Shown piece after piece: positions 43,871 through 53,248 of a DNA stretch of 64,000 nt (position 1 is its first letter; every line of letters begins with the position of its first letter). The notes beneath the pieces are model-generated. The model saw only the letters and a program-made list of their open reading frames with translations. It was not told the DNA's origin and searched no databases. The stretch covers positions 17,772 to 81,771 of the forward strand of contig CAZZJS010000001.1 in the NCBI GenBank assembly GCA_964654855.1. Reading direction: 5' to 3'. The translations under genes were made by a program, and so were the position numbers. The stretch is from an uncultured Rickettsiales bacterium (GTDB lineage Bacteria > Pseudomonadota > Alphaproteobacteria > Rickettsiales > JALZUV01).

Positions 43871-45700
43871 ATGGTTGAAATGAATAGCTGGCGCAAAGCA
43901 TGGGCGCTTTTAGATGAACGGGAAAAGCGCCTTGCATTTTGGACTTTGTTAATCGTCATTCTAGGGGCGTTATCCTCTGCTTTTATGATTAGCTCGGTCA
44001 TTCCTTTTTTAACGGTCTTAGCAGAGCCTGAGCGAATTCAGACACAGCCTCAATTAGCTTGGGCGTATGAATATTTTAGCTTCACTTCTTCATACCATTT
44101 TTTAGCCTGTTTGGCGGTTGCCTCTTTTGCAGCTATCGTGATAGCCAGTGTGGTGCAGATCATCAAAACCTATGCGGTATTTCGGTTCTCGCTCATGCGA
44201 ATGCATACGATTAGCTACCGTTTAATGCATAAATATTTAGCACAACCTTATGAGTTTTTTCTAAGTCGCCATTCTGGTGAGTTAGGGACGCGTATTTTGG
44301 CCGAAAGTCGTGAAGTGGTTTTCCAGTTTTTGCGTCCAGCGGCAGAGTTGGTGGCTGCGGTTACAACAGTGCTGGCGATCGTGATTTTATTATTATGTAT
44401 TGAGCCGATTCTGGCTCTTTCTGCCTTTATCGTATTTGGTTCTCTTTATGGCGTTACGTATGCGATTATTCGTAGTTATTTAAAACGTTTGGGGAAGGGG
44501 CGCTTATCCAGTAACAGTGAGCGATATCGTGTGGCTACGGAAGCTTTGGGAGGCGTCAAGGTAATCAAGCTTTTAGGTAGAGAAGGGTCGTATTTGAACC
44601 GATATGGTAAAGCTTCACGCAAGATGGCGAAAATTGAGGTTCTGGTGCATACACTTTCGACGATACCGCAATTTGTTTTACAAGCGATTGCCCTTGGTGG
44701 AATTTTGCTCCTCTGTGTGGTGATGGTAGAGCCTGCTGTCGATGGCGAGCGGGCTTCTCTGGATGGCATTTTGCCTTTGTTGGGGGTGCTTGCTTTTGCG
44801 GGGCAGCGCCTTATGCCGGAGCTTTCGATCATTTACCGTTCATTGGCTAAGGTTCAAGCCGGGCGTGCAGCGGTTGATGTCGTTTATAATGATCTTTATA
44901 CGACGCAAGAAGAGCAATCTTTAGATGAAGGTGAAAAGCCGATTGGTTTAAAAGAGTCGATTCAGCTGAAACAATTATCATACCACTATCCAAATGCAGA
45001 GAATGCAGGTTTGTTTGATGTAGAGCTGAATATAAAGGCAGGAGAACGTATAGGGGTTGTGGGTACGACGGGTGCTGGAAAAACGACCCTTGCAGATATT
45101 ATCCTTGGATTGCTAGAGCCACATTCAGGTGAGATAAAGGTGGATGGCAAGCCGCTTACCAATGAAAATATTCGCGATTGGCAGCGTAATGTAGGTTATG
45201 TGCCGCAAGATGTTTTCTTAACGGATTCCTCTATTGAAGAGAATATAGCTCTTGGGCTTGAGAGTGATAAGATTGATCGATCAAAAGTTAAGAATTCAGC
45301 AAAAATTGCTAAGTTAGATGGCTTCATTCGTGAAGAGCTATCGCAAGGTTATGAAACGCTTGTAGGGGAGCGAGGTGTTCGTTTGTCGGGTGGGCAAATT
45401 CAGCGTATAGGTATCGCACGTGCGCTCTATCATAATGCAGATTTAATTGTATTTGATGAAGCAACCAGTGCGCTGGATAATGTGACCGAACATGATGTGA
45501 TGAGTGCGATTGGTTCGCTGCCTGGTGATAAAACAGTTCTCCTCATTGCGCATCGCTTGAGTACGGTCAAAAGCTGTGATCGTATTATCGTGCTCGATAA
45601 AGGGCGTGTTGTTGGATGCGATACGTGGGATGTGCTGATCAAAAAGAATAAAATTTTCAAGAAACTTGCTATGACTGATTCATCGGAGAGTGGAGTATAG
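43871..45700 (+). CDS. ABC exporter, fused TMD-NBD (MsbA/PglK-like)
   Basis: Six-TM N-terminal half. Walker A GTTGAGKTT, signature LSGGQIQR and Walker B LIVFDEATSALD. Confidence 0.9.
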   Translation: MVEMNSWRKAWALLDEREKRLAFWTLLIVILGALSSAFMISSVIPFLTVLAEPERIQTQPQLAWAYEYFSFTSSYHFLACLAVASFAAIVIASVVQIIKTYAVFRFSLMRMHTISYRLMHKYLAQPYEFFLSRHSGELGTRILAESREVVFQFLRPAAELVAAVTTVLAIVILLLCIEPILALSAFIVFGSLYGVTYAIIRSYLKRLGKGRLSSNSERYRVATEALGGVKVIKLLGREGSYLNRYGKASRKMAKIEVLVHTLSTIPQFVLQAIALGGILLLCVVMVEPAVDGERASLDGILPLLGVLAFAGQRLMPELSIIYRSLAKVQAGRAAVDVVYNDLYTTQEEQSLDEGEKPIGLKESIQLKQLSYHYPNAENAGLFDVELNIKAGERIGVVGTTGAGKTTLADIILGLLEPHSGEIKVDGKPLTNENIRDWQRNVGYVPQDVFLTDSSIEENIALGLESDKIDRSKVKNSAKIAKLDGFIREELSQGYETLVGERGVRLSGGQIQRIGIARALYHNADLIVFDEATSALDNVTEHDVMSAIGSLPGDKTVLLIAHRLSTVKSCDRIIVLDKGRVVGCDTWDVLIKKNKIFKKLAMTDSSESGV

Positions 45701-45703
45701 CGA

Positions 45704-46708
45704 ATGGAGCTTTATTTGCATGCGGGGTTAAATAAAACCGGTTCGTCCTATTTGCAGGAAATGTTCTATGCAAATTCAGATTCTCTTGGCGCTGAATCGA
45801 TATCTTATTTGGGAGGCGAGCGCCCAGGTGGAAATGCTGCCGAGCTGAGTTATGCTATTCGGCGTAATGATCGTGCTGGAGCAATGAAGCTAATGCGACA
45901 GCACTTTAATCATGCTTCTCAAGCGGGTTGTAAAAAGATACTCCTTTCGACGGAAATCTTTTTTCACGATTTTGCAGTAAAGGAGCGTTTTGAGTTATTG
46001 TGCTCTATTATTCGTGAAGTGGGTGTTAAAAATATTCATATTTTATTATTTTTTCGTGAACCGGTATCTCACGCTATTTCTACCTATTGCCATCGTAATG
46101 GTTTGCAAGAGGTTGGAGAGTTTGAGGAATGGTTGGAACAAAAATATACTTACCCAAACGAACTATCTTCGTTTTTACAAGCATATGAGAGTTCTACGGA
46201 TATTAAATGGTCTCTAAAAGCCTATACAAATAGTGCTCTAAAAGCTGATACATGTGATTGGTTGGAAATTGCGGATATGGAAGAGCCGTTGAAAGATGAA
46301 GTGAATGTTTCAGTGACAGCAACCGAAGCAGTCATATTGGAAAAATTATATCAATTAAACCCTGAGCGATCGAAGGAACTTCGTGCTTCTTTTAAAGCGA
46401 TTCCACGTGCGCAAAAGGCGTCGGATAAGGTTTTACGTTCGCAATGGCAACATGTTGCGGCGAGTAATCTAGTAAAATATCAATCTGAGTTTGAGCGCCT
46501 GAGTGAGCTTGTGGGCGAACCATTAGGTGTGAAAGAACCTAGTGAAGCGAAATTAGATAATCCAGAAACGATAGACATGGTTTTCTCTTCCTCTCAGATG
46601 CAAGAGGTTATCGAGCTTTGTGGTTCTAAAACACCGAAATTTTCACCTATAGGGTTTCTGAAGTCTTTCCGTCGTAAATTGCTTAGGATTCGTCGCTTTG
46701 GGTTGTGA
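45704..46708 (+). CDS. Sulfotransferase-like protein (tentative)
   Basis: N-terminal LHAGLNKTGSSYLQ resembles the 5'-PSB loop (PKTGTT-like) and FFREPVSHAISTY resembles the 3'-PB motif of PAPS-dependent sulfotransferases. Confidence 0.45.
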   Translation: MELYLHAGLNKTGSSYLQEMFYANSDSLGAESISYLGGERPGGNAAELSYAIRRNDRAGAMKLMRQHFNHASQAGCKKILLSTEIFFHDFAVKERFELLCSIIREVGVKNIHILLFFREPVSHAISTYCHRNGLQEVGEFEEWLEQKYTYPNELSSFLQAYESSTDIKWSLKAYTNSALKADTCDWLEIADMEEPLKDEVNVSVTATEAVILEKLYQLNPERSKELRASFKAIPRAQKASDKVLRSQWQHVAASNLVKYQSEFERLSELVGEPLGVKEPSEAKLDNPETIDMVFSSSQMQEVIELCGSKTPKFSPIGFLKSFRRKLLRIRRFGL

Positions 46709-46753
46709 AAGGATAAAAAGTATGGTGTGTTTAATCGCTGAATAGAAAGAAAA

Positions 46754-47788
46754 ATGAGTATGTTTGCTGAGAAGCTAAAAGATCCAAACCAGCCGCTCAT
46801 TATTGCGGAAATTGCGCAGAATCATGATGGTTCGCTCGGCATGTGCTATGCTTATGTTGATGTGCTGGCGGATGCAGGTGTGCAGGCAGTGAAATTTCAA
46901 ACACATATTGCTTCTGAAGAGTCGACGGTGGATGAACCGTTCCGAATCAAATTTTCTCACCAAGATGAGCGTCGCTACGATTATTGGAAACGTATGGAAT
47001 TTACAGAGGAGCAATGGGTAGGTTTAAAAGCCCATGCCGATGCAAAAGGCGTTGAATTTATCAGCACGCCCTTTTCCGTTGCCGCGGTGGAGTTACTAGA
47101 TCGCGTTGGTGTTCCCGTATGGAAAGTCGGTTCGGGTGATACGCTCTCGCGTGAGTTGCTGGATAAAATGATTGCGACGAGAAAGCCAATTATTGTCAGC
47201 ACAGGTATGAGCGCTTGGACGGAAATTGATGCGGTGGTGGAGATTCTCAAATCAGCAGGAGCAGATTATACTATCATGCAATGTACCAGTATGTATCCAA
47301 CACCGTTGGAATCTACGGGTTTAAATATTTTGGATGAAATGAAGCAGCGTTATGGCTGCCGTATCGGCTTGTCGGATCATTCAGGTTCGCTTAGCCCTGC
47401 GATGACGGCTGTGGCGCGTGGACATAATCTGATCGAGCTGCATGTGACGTTTGATAAGCGTATGTTCGGGCCGGATATCAGCTCTTCTATTACGGTGGAG
47501 CAGGTGGCGCAGTTAGCTCAATTTGCTAATGAAGTGGCGAAGATGGATGCTAACCCGGTCGATAAAGATACGATGGCCGATAAGCTGAAAGAGCAAAAAG
47601 CGCTCTTTGCAAAAAGCGTCGCGCTGAAAAAGGACTTGCTGGCTGGGCATGTGTTAAGTTTAGAGGATATCACTTCCAAAAAGCCGGCAACGGGCATTCC
47701 GTGGACGAGTAAAGATCAAGTTATTGGGCGTGCATTAGCACAGAATGTGCCTGCAAATAGATTGCTGCGAGATGAGGATTTAAAATAA
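46754..47788 (+). CDS. neuB: N-acetylneuraminate (sialic acid) synthase
   Basis: IIAEIAQNHDGSL N-terminal motif, TIM-barrel NeuB core and a C-terminal SAF-like domain. Confidence 0.9.
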   Translation: MSMFAEKLKDPNQPLIIAEIAQNHDGSLGMCYAYVDVLADAGVQAVKFQTHIASEESTVDEPFRIKFSHQDERRYDYWKRMEFTEEQWVGLKAHADAKGVEFISTPFSVAAVELLDRVGVPVWKVGSGDTLSRELLDKMIATRKPIIVSTGMSAWTEIDAVVEILKSAGADYTIMQCTSMYPTPLESTGLNILDEMKQRYGCRIGLSDHSGSLSPAMTAVARGHNLIELHVTFDKRMFGPDISSSITVEQVAQLAQFANEVAKMDANPVDKDTMADKLKEQKALFAKSVALKKDLLAGHVLSLEDITSKKPATGIPWTSKDQVIGRALAQNVPANRLLRDEDLK

Positions 47789-48957
47789 TGGGTAAACGTA
47801 AAATCTGTGTCGTAGTGCATAGTCGCGCCAATTATGGGCGTATTAAGTCGGCCATGCAGGCAATTAAAGATCATCCGGATTTGATTCTTGAATTAGTGGT
47901 TGGGTCTTCTGCTTTGCTTGATAGGTATGGTGCGGTTATTAATGTCATCCGCGAAGATGGTTTTAAAGAAGATGCCGTACTTCATTCTACCTTAGAAGGA
48001 GATGCTCCTGCTATCATGGCAAAATCGACTGGCCTTTCGATTGTTGAACTTGCGACACATTTTGAAAATCTAAAACCGGATATGGTGCTAACCGTCGCCG
48101 ATAGATATGAAACATTATCGACTGCCGTTGCGGCCAGTTACATGAATATCCCTGTTGTCCACACACAGGGTGGTGAAGTGACAGGCTCCATTGATGAGGG
48201 CGTACGTCATGCTATCACCAAGCTTTCGCATGTACATTTTCCGGCGACGGAACGCGCGAAAGATTATGTAATTCGTATGGGTGAAGATCCTGCGAAAGTG
48301 TTCTTTACTGGTTGCCCCGCGATTGATTTGGTGGCAGATTTAGACCTCACCTTGCCGTCTGATCTTTTTATCCGCTATGGCGGTGTGGGGAGCGGTTTAG
48401 AAGTCGATAAAGATTATATCGTAGTGTTACAACATCCCGTGACGACGGAGTTTGGTTCGGGATTAGAGCAAATTAAAGCAACGCTAAGCGCCGTTCACAC
48501 CTTGGCGAAAGAAGGAATGCAAGTGGCATGGCTCTGGCCGAATGTCGATGCAGGATCGGATGATATTTCAAAAGGGATTCGTTCTTTCCGCGAGCATAAT
48601 GAAACACCTAATATGCATTTCTTCCTGAATTTTGAGCCAGAAGATTATGCACGTTTAATTGCAAATACGAAATGTATCGTGGGTAATTCCTCCTCTGGTT
48701 TGCGTGAAGGCGCCTTCTTGGGTGTGCCTTGTGTGAATGTAGGAACGCGTCAATCAGGCCGCGAAAAGGCTGCGAATGTAACGGATGTAGATTACAATGC
48801 TGCGGAGATTTTAGAGGCTGCGCGCAAGCAAATTGCTCATGGAAAATATGAACGTGATACGCTGGTAGGCGATGGTACGGCAGGTAAACAAATGGCCGAT
48901 GTTTTGGCAAAAGTGCCATTGGATATTCAAAAGAAAATTCATTATATCAACGATTAG
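47788..48957 (+). CDS. neuC: UDP-N-acetylglucosamine 2-epimerase (hydrolysing)
   Basis: RKICVVVHSRANYGRIKS and HTQGGEVTGSIDEGVRHAITKLSHVHF match NeuC-type epimerases. The start overlaps the neuB stop. Confidence 0.9.
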   Translation: MGKRKICVVVHSRANYGRIKSAMQAIKDHPDLILELVVGSSALLDRYGAVINVIREDGFKEDAVLHSTLEGDAPAIMAKSTGLSIVELATHFENLKPDMVLTVADRYETLSTAVAASYMNIPVVHTQGGEVTGSIDEGVRHAITKLSHVHFPATERAKDYVIRMGEDPAKVFFTGCPAIDLVADLDLTLPSDLFIRYGGVGSGLEVDKDYIVVLQHPVTTEFGSGLEQIKATLSAVHTLAKEGMQVAWLWPNVDAGSDDISKGIRSFREHNETPNMHFFLNFEPEDYARLIANTKCIVGNSSSGLREGAFLGVPCVNVGTRQSGREKAANVTDVDYNAAEILEAARKQIAHGKYERDTLVGDGTAGKQMADVLAKVPLDIQKKIHYIND

Positions 48958-48967
48958 AGTTACCCTT

Positions 48968-49660
48968 ATGCCAACTGCTTTCGCTTCTTTTTGCATTATC
49001 CCTGTTCGCGGTGGTAGTAAGGGAATCCCGCGTAAGAATCTTGCTGAATTTAACGGCATGTCGCTGCTGGAATGGACGATTGAACAAGCGAAAGAAGTCT
49101 ATAAAAACGAGCAAATACTCGTTTCAACCGAAGATGCCGAGATGGCAATGGTTGCAAAGGCAACGGGCGTTACATTGATTGATCGCCCCATTGAGTTGGC
49201 ACAAGATGAGACGACAACGAATGCTGTGGTGGATCATTTACTTGCCGAGATTGATGAAGATGGAAGCAAGTTTAACCATTTTACGATTCTGCAAGTGACG
49301 TCGCCGCTGCGTAATGCAGAGGATATTCAAAAAGCTGAAAATTTGATGCAAACTGCTGAATATGAGTCGCTGGTCAGCGCCTATTTAGAGACTGAATCGC
49401 ATCCTGCAAAAATGTATCAAATGCAAAATGGAAAGGCAGTTTCAGTCGCGCCAAAAATGGAATATATGCGCCGGCAGGATTTGCCGAAAGTATATCGTCG
49501 CAATGGAGCTATATTTTCCTGCACGCGCAGTTTTTATGATCGTACCGGCAAGTTATGGGGAGGAGGTATGGGTATTGTCGAAATGCCCAAAACCCGCTCA
49601 GTCGATGTCGATACACCGGAAGACCTAGCCCGTGCAAATCAGTTTTTCTCTGCGAGGTAA
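48968..49660 (+). CDS. neuA: Acylneuraminate cytidylyltransferase (CMP-sialic acid synthetase)
   Basis: IIPVRGGSKGIPRKN motif. About 230 aa with no esterase extension. The ATG at 48968 is chosen over the longer ORF, which overlaps neuC. Confidence 0.9.
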   Translation: MPTAFASFCIIPVRGGSKGIPRKNLAEFNGMSLLEWTIEQAKEVYKNEQILVSTEDAEMAMVAKATGVTLIDRPIELAQDETTTNAVVDHLLAEIDEDGSKFNHFTILQVTSPLRNAEDIQKAENLMQTAEYESLVSAYLETESHPAKMYQMQNGKAVSVAPKMEYMRRQDLPKVYRRNGAIFSCTRSFYDRTGKLWGGGMGIVEMPKTRSVDVDTPEDLARANQFFSAR

Positions 49661-49663
49661 GTC

Positions 49664-50599
49664 ATGTCGAATGCTGTTATTGCCATTGTTTCGTCACCTT
49701 TGCAGTTAGCGGTATTTAATGCTTCCAGTGTTGATAAGGCTCAGGCTACTATCATCGGAAATCGTGGAGTTGACGGCGATATTAGCTATGAGCAGTCGGT
49801 GTTAAATGATGGCAATTTTATTGCTAAATTGAGCGAATTGATTGGCAGTCAAGAGGTTGAGGTGTTTATCCCTAATTCACTCAACCTTGTTTATTTTTTC
49901 GCAATATCAGATAAGCGCATAAAGCGAATTTCATTTGTAGATGAAGGACGTTTGACGAAACGATTTTTGGCAAATGGGCATAAAAAGCCTATAGCAAAGC
50001 ATCATCGAATATTCTCCGCACTCATGCGTATGGTTGGAATTTTTCCGAAGCCGCTACGCCCGCTATGTTATAAGTTTATTACCTATGTAATGCGTAAATA
50101 TGTAGTGCAATTTTATGAAAGAGATACGCTGGCTTACCCTTACCGGACAATCGAACGAACGCAGAAATCTGGGGTGTTATTAAGTCATGTGCCACTTGCT
50201 GTTATGCAAAGTTGGGTGGAATTTGTTGATTTAACTGAGAAACTAGATTTTCCGCAAAATTGTATGAATCAAGCGTGTCTTTTCTTGCATCCGCGTTATG
50301 CCGAAGATCCTGCATTAATTGGTCAATTACAAAGAGAGTTAGGCGGAGAAAAACAGAAGCTATTGGTTAGGCCGCATCCAAATTTCACACGTGCGCCAGA
50401 GCTATTAGAGGAAGTGATTGCTCGCATTAAACATGCTGGAATTGAGTGCGAGATTGTAGGCGTCTCTGGTGTGCATGAGGTGGCAATTGAACTCTATGCA
50501 CGCGGAGTGCGTACTTTCTTCTGTGGCGAAACTTCCATTACCGATACAGTCGAGGCCTATCCCGGCTATTTTGAAGGGTTGAAGATTGTTAAAATCTAG
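49664..50599 (+). CDS. Candidate sialyltransferase (tentative)
   Basis: It lies immediately downstream of neuBCA. It contains a D/E-D/E-G motif (FVDEGR) and an HP motif (LVRPHPNF) in the order described for bacterial sialyltransferase families. The N-terminal VIAIVSSPLQLAVF resembles GT52-like proteins. Confidence 0.45.
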   Translation: MSNAVIAIVSSPLQLAVFNASSVDKAQATIIGNRGVDGDISYEQSVLNDGNFIAKLSELIGSQEVEVFIPNSLNLVYFFAISDKRIKRISFVDEGRLTKRFLANGHKKPIAKHHRIFSALMRMVGIFPKPLRPLCYKFITYVMRKYVVQFYERDTLAYPYRTIERTQKSGVLLSHVPLAVMQSWVEFVDLTEKLDFPQNCMNQACLFLHPRYAEDPALIGQLQRELGGEKQKLLVRPHPNFTRAPELLEEVIARIKHAGIECEIVGVSGVHEVAIELYARGVRTFFCGETSITDTVEAYPGYFEGLKIVKI

Positions 50600-50647
50600 T
50601 TTTACGCTACTCTTATTTCTAGAATCTAATAGATGGGGATAGGATAG

Positions 50648-51487
50648 ATGGACGTTAAAGAAGCATTTCAAAAATCTCCCTATCAGGTCAAAAAACATAC
50701 TAGCTATTTTGCGACCTACGAGCGCCTTTTTACACCTTATAAAGATAAGCCCATTACTTTTGTTGAAGTAGGGGTTTTAAATGGTGGTTCTTTATTTATG
50801 TGGCGGGCTTTTTGGGGAGATAATGTCCGTATTATCGGTGTTGATATGAACCCCGGTGCTAAACGTTGGGAAGATGAAGGTTTTGAAATTCATATTGGTG
50901 ATCAAAGTGACCCTAACTTTTGGAATGATTTTTTCGCACAGGTGGGTGAGGTCGATATTTTATTGGATGATGGTGGTCACACATTCGAACAACAAATTGT
51001 GACTTATGAAAGTGCTTTGCCACATATTAAAGATGATGGGCTGTTGGTTGTAGAGGATACTCATACTTCTTATATGCCAGATTTTGGCGGCCCATCACGT
51101 CGCTCGTTTGTTTCTTTCGCAAAAAATGTGGTCGATGGTATTCATTATCGTAGCGGTAATGTTGCGAAGAAGAATTTTGAAGAACAGGTGGTGGCTGTTA
51201 GCTTCTTTGAGTCGATTGTCGCTTTTATCGTCAATCGTTCCCTTGCGGAGGAGAAGGCATCGCCTGCGGTTAATGGAGGTGAGAGTTCTGGCGCGATGGA
51301 TTATCGCCATGCTGAGAGCTTTACAGGCAGTACGCTTAACAAGCTGACCCATAAATATGTGCATCTGAAACACTTACCTATCGTAGGTAAGATACTTGCG
51401 AAAACATGGAGTAAGCTACAAATTCTTTTACTTTGGCTTATATCTAAGCGAAAAACGCTAACAATGGGGAAGCACTTTAAATATTGA
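50648..51487 (+). CDS. CmcI/cephalosporin-hydroxylase-family SAM-dependent methyltransferase
   Basis: FVEVGVLNGGSLFMW and ILLDDGGHTFEQQI match the CmcI-type methyltransferase fold. Confidence 0.7.
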   Translation: MDVKEAFQKSPYQVKKHTSYFATYERLFTPYKDKPITFVEVGVLNGGSLFMWRAFWGDNVRIIGVDMNPGAKRWEDEGFEIHIGDQSDPNFWNDFFAQVGEVDILLDDGGHTFEQQIVTYESALPHIKDDGLLVVEDTHTSYMPDFGGPSRRSFVSFAKNVVDGIHYRSGNVAKKNFEEQVVAVSFFESIVAFIVNRSLAEEKASPAVNGGESSGAMDYRHAESFTGSTLNKLTHKYVHLKHLPIVGKILAKTWSKLQILLLWLISKRKTLTMGKHFKY

Positions 51488-51497
51488 ATATTGTGCA

Positions 51498-52460
51498 ATG
51501 AAGGTAGAAAATTCACAGTTCACGATTTCTGTTGTTATTCCCCTTTATAATAAAGCGGAAGCTGTGGCTCGCACCCTGAAATCAGTGTTGAACCAATCGC
51601 GCTTGCCAGATGAATTAATTATCGTTGATGATGGATCTTCTGACAGATCACCAGAGGTGGCGAAGGAGCTTTTAGAAAAGGCCGAAACGCAAATTAAATT
51701 CACAATCATTTCTCAAAAAAATGCAGGAGTATCAGTTGCTCGCAATCGAGGTGCAAATGCATCTAAAATGGATTATATTTCTTTTCTCGATGCAGATGAT
51801 GAGTGGTTGCCTGATTATGTGTTGGAGGTGGAGAAGCTTGCCCGTACATATCCAGATGCCGGTGTGTTGAGTATTCGTAGTTCTAAGGTAAATGCAGATG
51901 GTGTCATCGTGCCGGAACCGAGCCCATTGCCCGACCCATTCTTTGCTATGGTTGATAATATGTTGGATGTTTATCGCCGTGGTTACGGGGTGATGCATAC
52001 TTCCGCTGTGACGGTAAAACGCGATATTTGGGAGCGTTCAGAGGGTTTCCCGCCCGGGGCACGTAAAAGTCAAGATATGCATCTATGGTTGCAGCTTTGC
52101 CTGACGGAATCTTTCGCGCATAGTAGCCAGCCACTTAGCATTTGGCATGATGATTTTAGCGGTGTGTCACGCCGTAAGGGAGTAGTTCCTTCTCACTTTA
52201 ATTATTTTTTGGGAACAGAAGAAGGGCGAGCGCAGTTGCGTGATACTTCGCTAGTAAAGTTTTTAGGCTCGAATATGCTCATACATATTGGTGGACATCG
52301 TCTTACGGAAGATGCGGTGGTGGTCAAACAGTTACGAAAACTCTCCTCTGCTTTACCGCTGCAGTATCGTGTCAAATCAATGGTGATATCGATAGTACCG
52401 ATTTGGTGCCTAAATTTGCTCGTATGGATTCGCCAGCGTTCACGGGGGTTGAAACGATGA
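51498..52460 (+). CDS. Glycosyltransferase family 2
   Basis: ISVVIPLYNKAEAV, LIIVDDGSSD and FLDADDEW are GT-A DxD motifs. Confidence 0.85.
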   Translation: MKVENSQFTISVVIPLYNKAEAVARTLKSVLNQSRLPDELIIVDDGSSDRSPEVAKELLEKAETQIKFTIISQKNAGVSVARNRGANASKMDYISFLDADDEWLPDYVLEVEKLARTYPDAGVLSIRSSKVNADGVIVPEPSPLPDPFFAMVDNMLDVYRRGYGVMHTSAVTVKRDIWERSEGFPPGARKSQDMHLWLQLCLTESFAHSSQPLSIWHDDFSGVSRRKGVVPSHFNYFLGTEEGRAQLRDTSLVKFLGSNMLIHIGGHRLTEDAVVVKQLRKLSSALPLQYRVKSMVISIVPIWCLNLLVWIRQRSRGLKR

Positions 52461-53248
52461 CGGAAATCAAGCCAACCTGTGTGATTGCCTTTTTTGGCAT
52501 TGATCGTCGGTTGGATATTACAGCACCTTCGATCATTGAAAATATCATTCGTCCTGCACAAGAGCATTTTCAAGTGAAACTTATGGCGCATCTATGGTCG
52601 GTCACTTCCATTGATAATGACCGGTCAGGCGAGAAGGGTAAGCTTGCTGCCCCACGTCTCTCTCTATTGCCGGAAGGTGAGTATAAAATTGAGCCGCCTA
52701 TCGAAAGAGCTGGTCATCCAGATTTTCAAACTTTGTGTGAGTTTGGAGATTTTTGGGGGGATGGGTTTAAAAGTCTCTTCAATCTTTATTCGCAGTTAGT
52801 ATCGCTTACTCGAGTGACGAATATGGCGTTAGAAGAAAAACCAGATTATGTAATTTTTGTGCGTCCAGACTTGCTTTATCACGACTCGTTTGAACCATCG
52901 TTAAAGGTAGTGAAAGAGAGTGAAGCTACTAGCATAATAGGGCTGCCTAATTGGCAGCCACATGGCGGTTTTAATGATCGTTTTGCTATTTGTAAGGGGC
53001 GTTCAGCGACTGAAGCTTATGGTAAACGATTAGCCTGCGTGTTAGAGTTCTGTAATGTATCTTCTGCACCACTTCATTCGGAAAAACTTCTGAAATATGC
53101 TGTGACACAGAGTAATATTAAGGTTAAGAAAATTTCTGCACGTGCATCGCGTATCCGTATTGATGGGCGTAGCCAAGTGGAAGATTTTTCATTTTATGGT
53201 TGGAAACTATACTTGCGTGCATGGCTCGGAAAGCTGAAATTAAAATAA
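52457..53248 (+). CDS. Hypothetical protein (no recognisable motif)
   Basis: The ORF is translationally coupled on both sides (ATGA at 52457-52460, TAATG at 53246-53250). I do not recognise the family. Confidence 0.6.
   Translation: MTEIKPTCVIAFFGIDRRLDITAPSIIENIIRPAQEHFQVKLMAHLWSVTSIDNDRSGEKGKLAAPRLSLLPEGEYKIEPPIERAGHPDFQTLCEFGDFWGDGFKSLFNLYSQLVSLTRVTNMALEEKPDYVIFVRPDLLYHDSFEPSLKVVKESEATSIIGLPNWQPHGGFNDRFAICKGRSATEAYGKRLACVLEFCNVSSAPLHSEKLLKYAVTQSNIKVKKISARASRIRIDGRSQVEDFSFYGWKLYLRAWLGKLKLK

Noticed and set aside
34566-46708. Possible lasso-peptide cluster: asparagine-synthase homologue plus ABC exporter plus HprK-like kinase plus nucleotidyltransferase plus sulfotransferase-like gene. This gene set recalls kinase-containing lasso clusters.
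   Set aside because: The AsnB homologue keeps the MCGIAG Ntn-glutaminase nucleophile and full length typical of true amidotransferases, unlike lasso cyclases. I see no transglutaminase-like B2 protease and no lasso-type precursor. The genes are split over different strands and operons and are interleaved with bona fide EPS genes. Only the kinase/NTase pair is kept as a finding.
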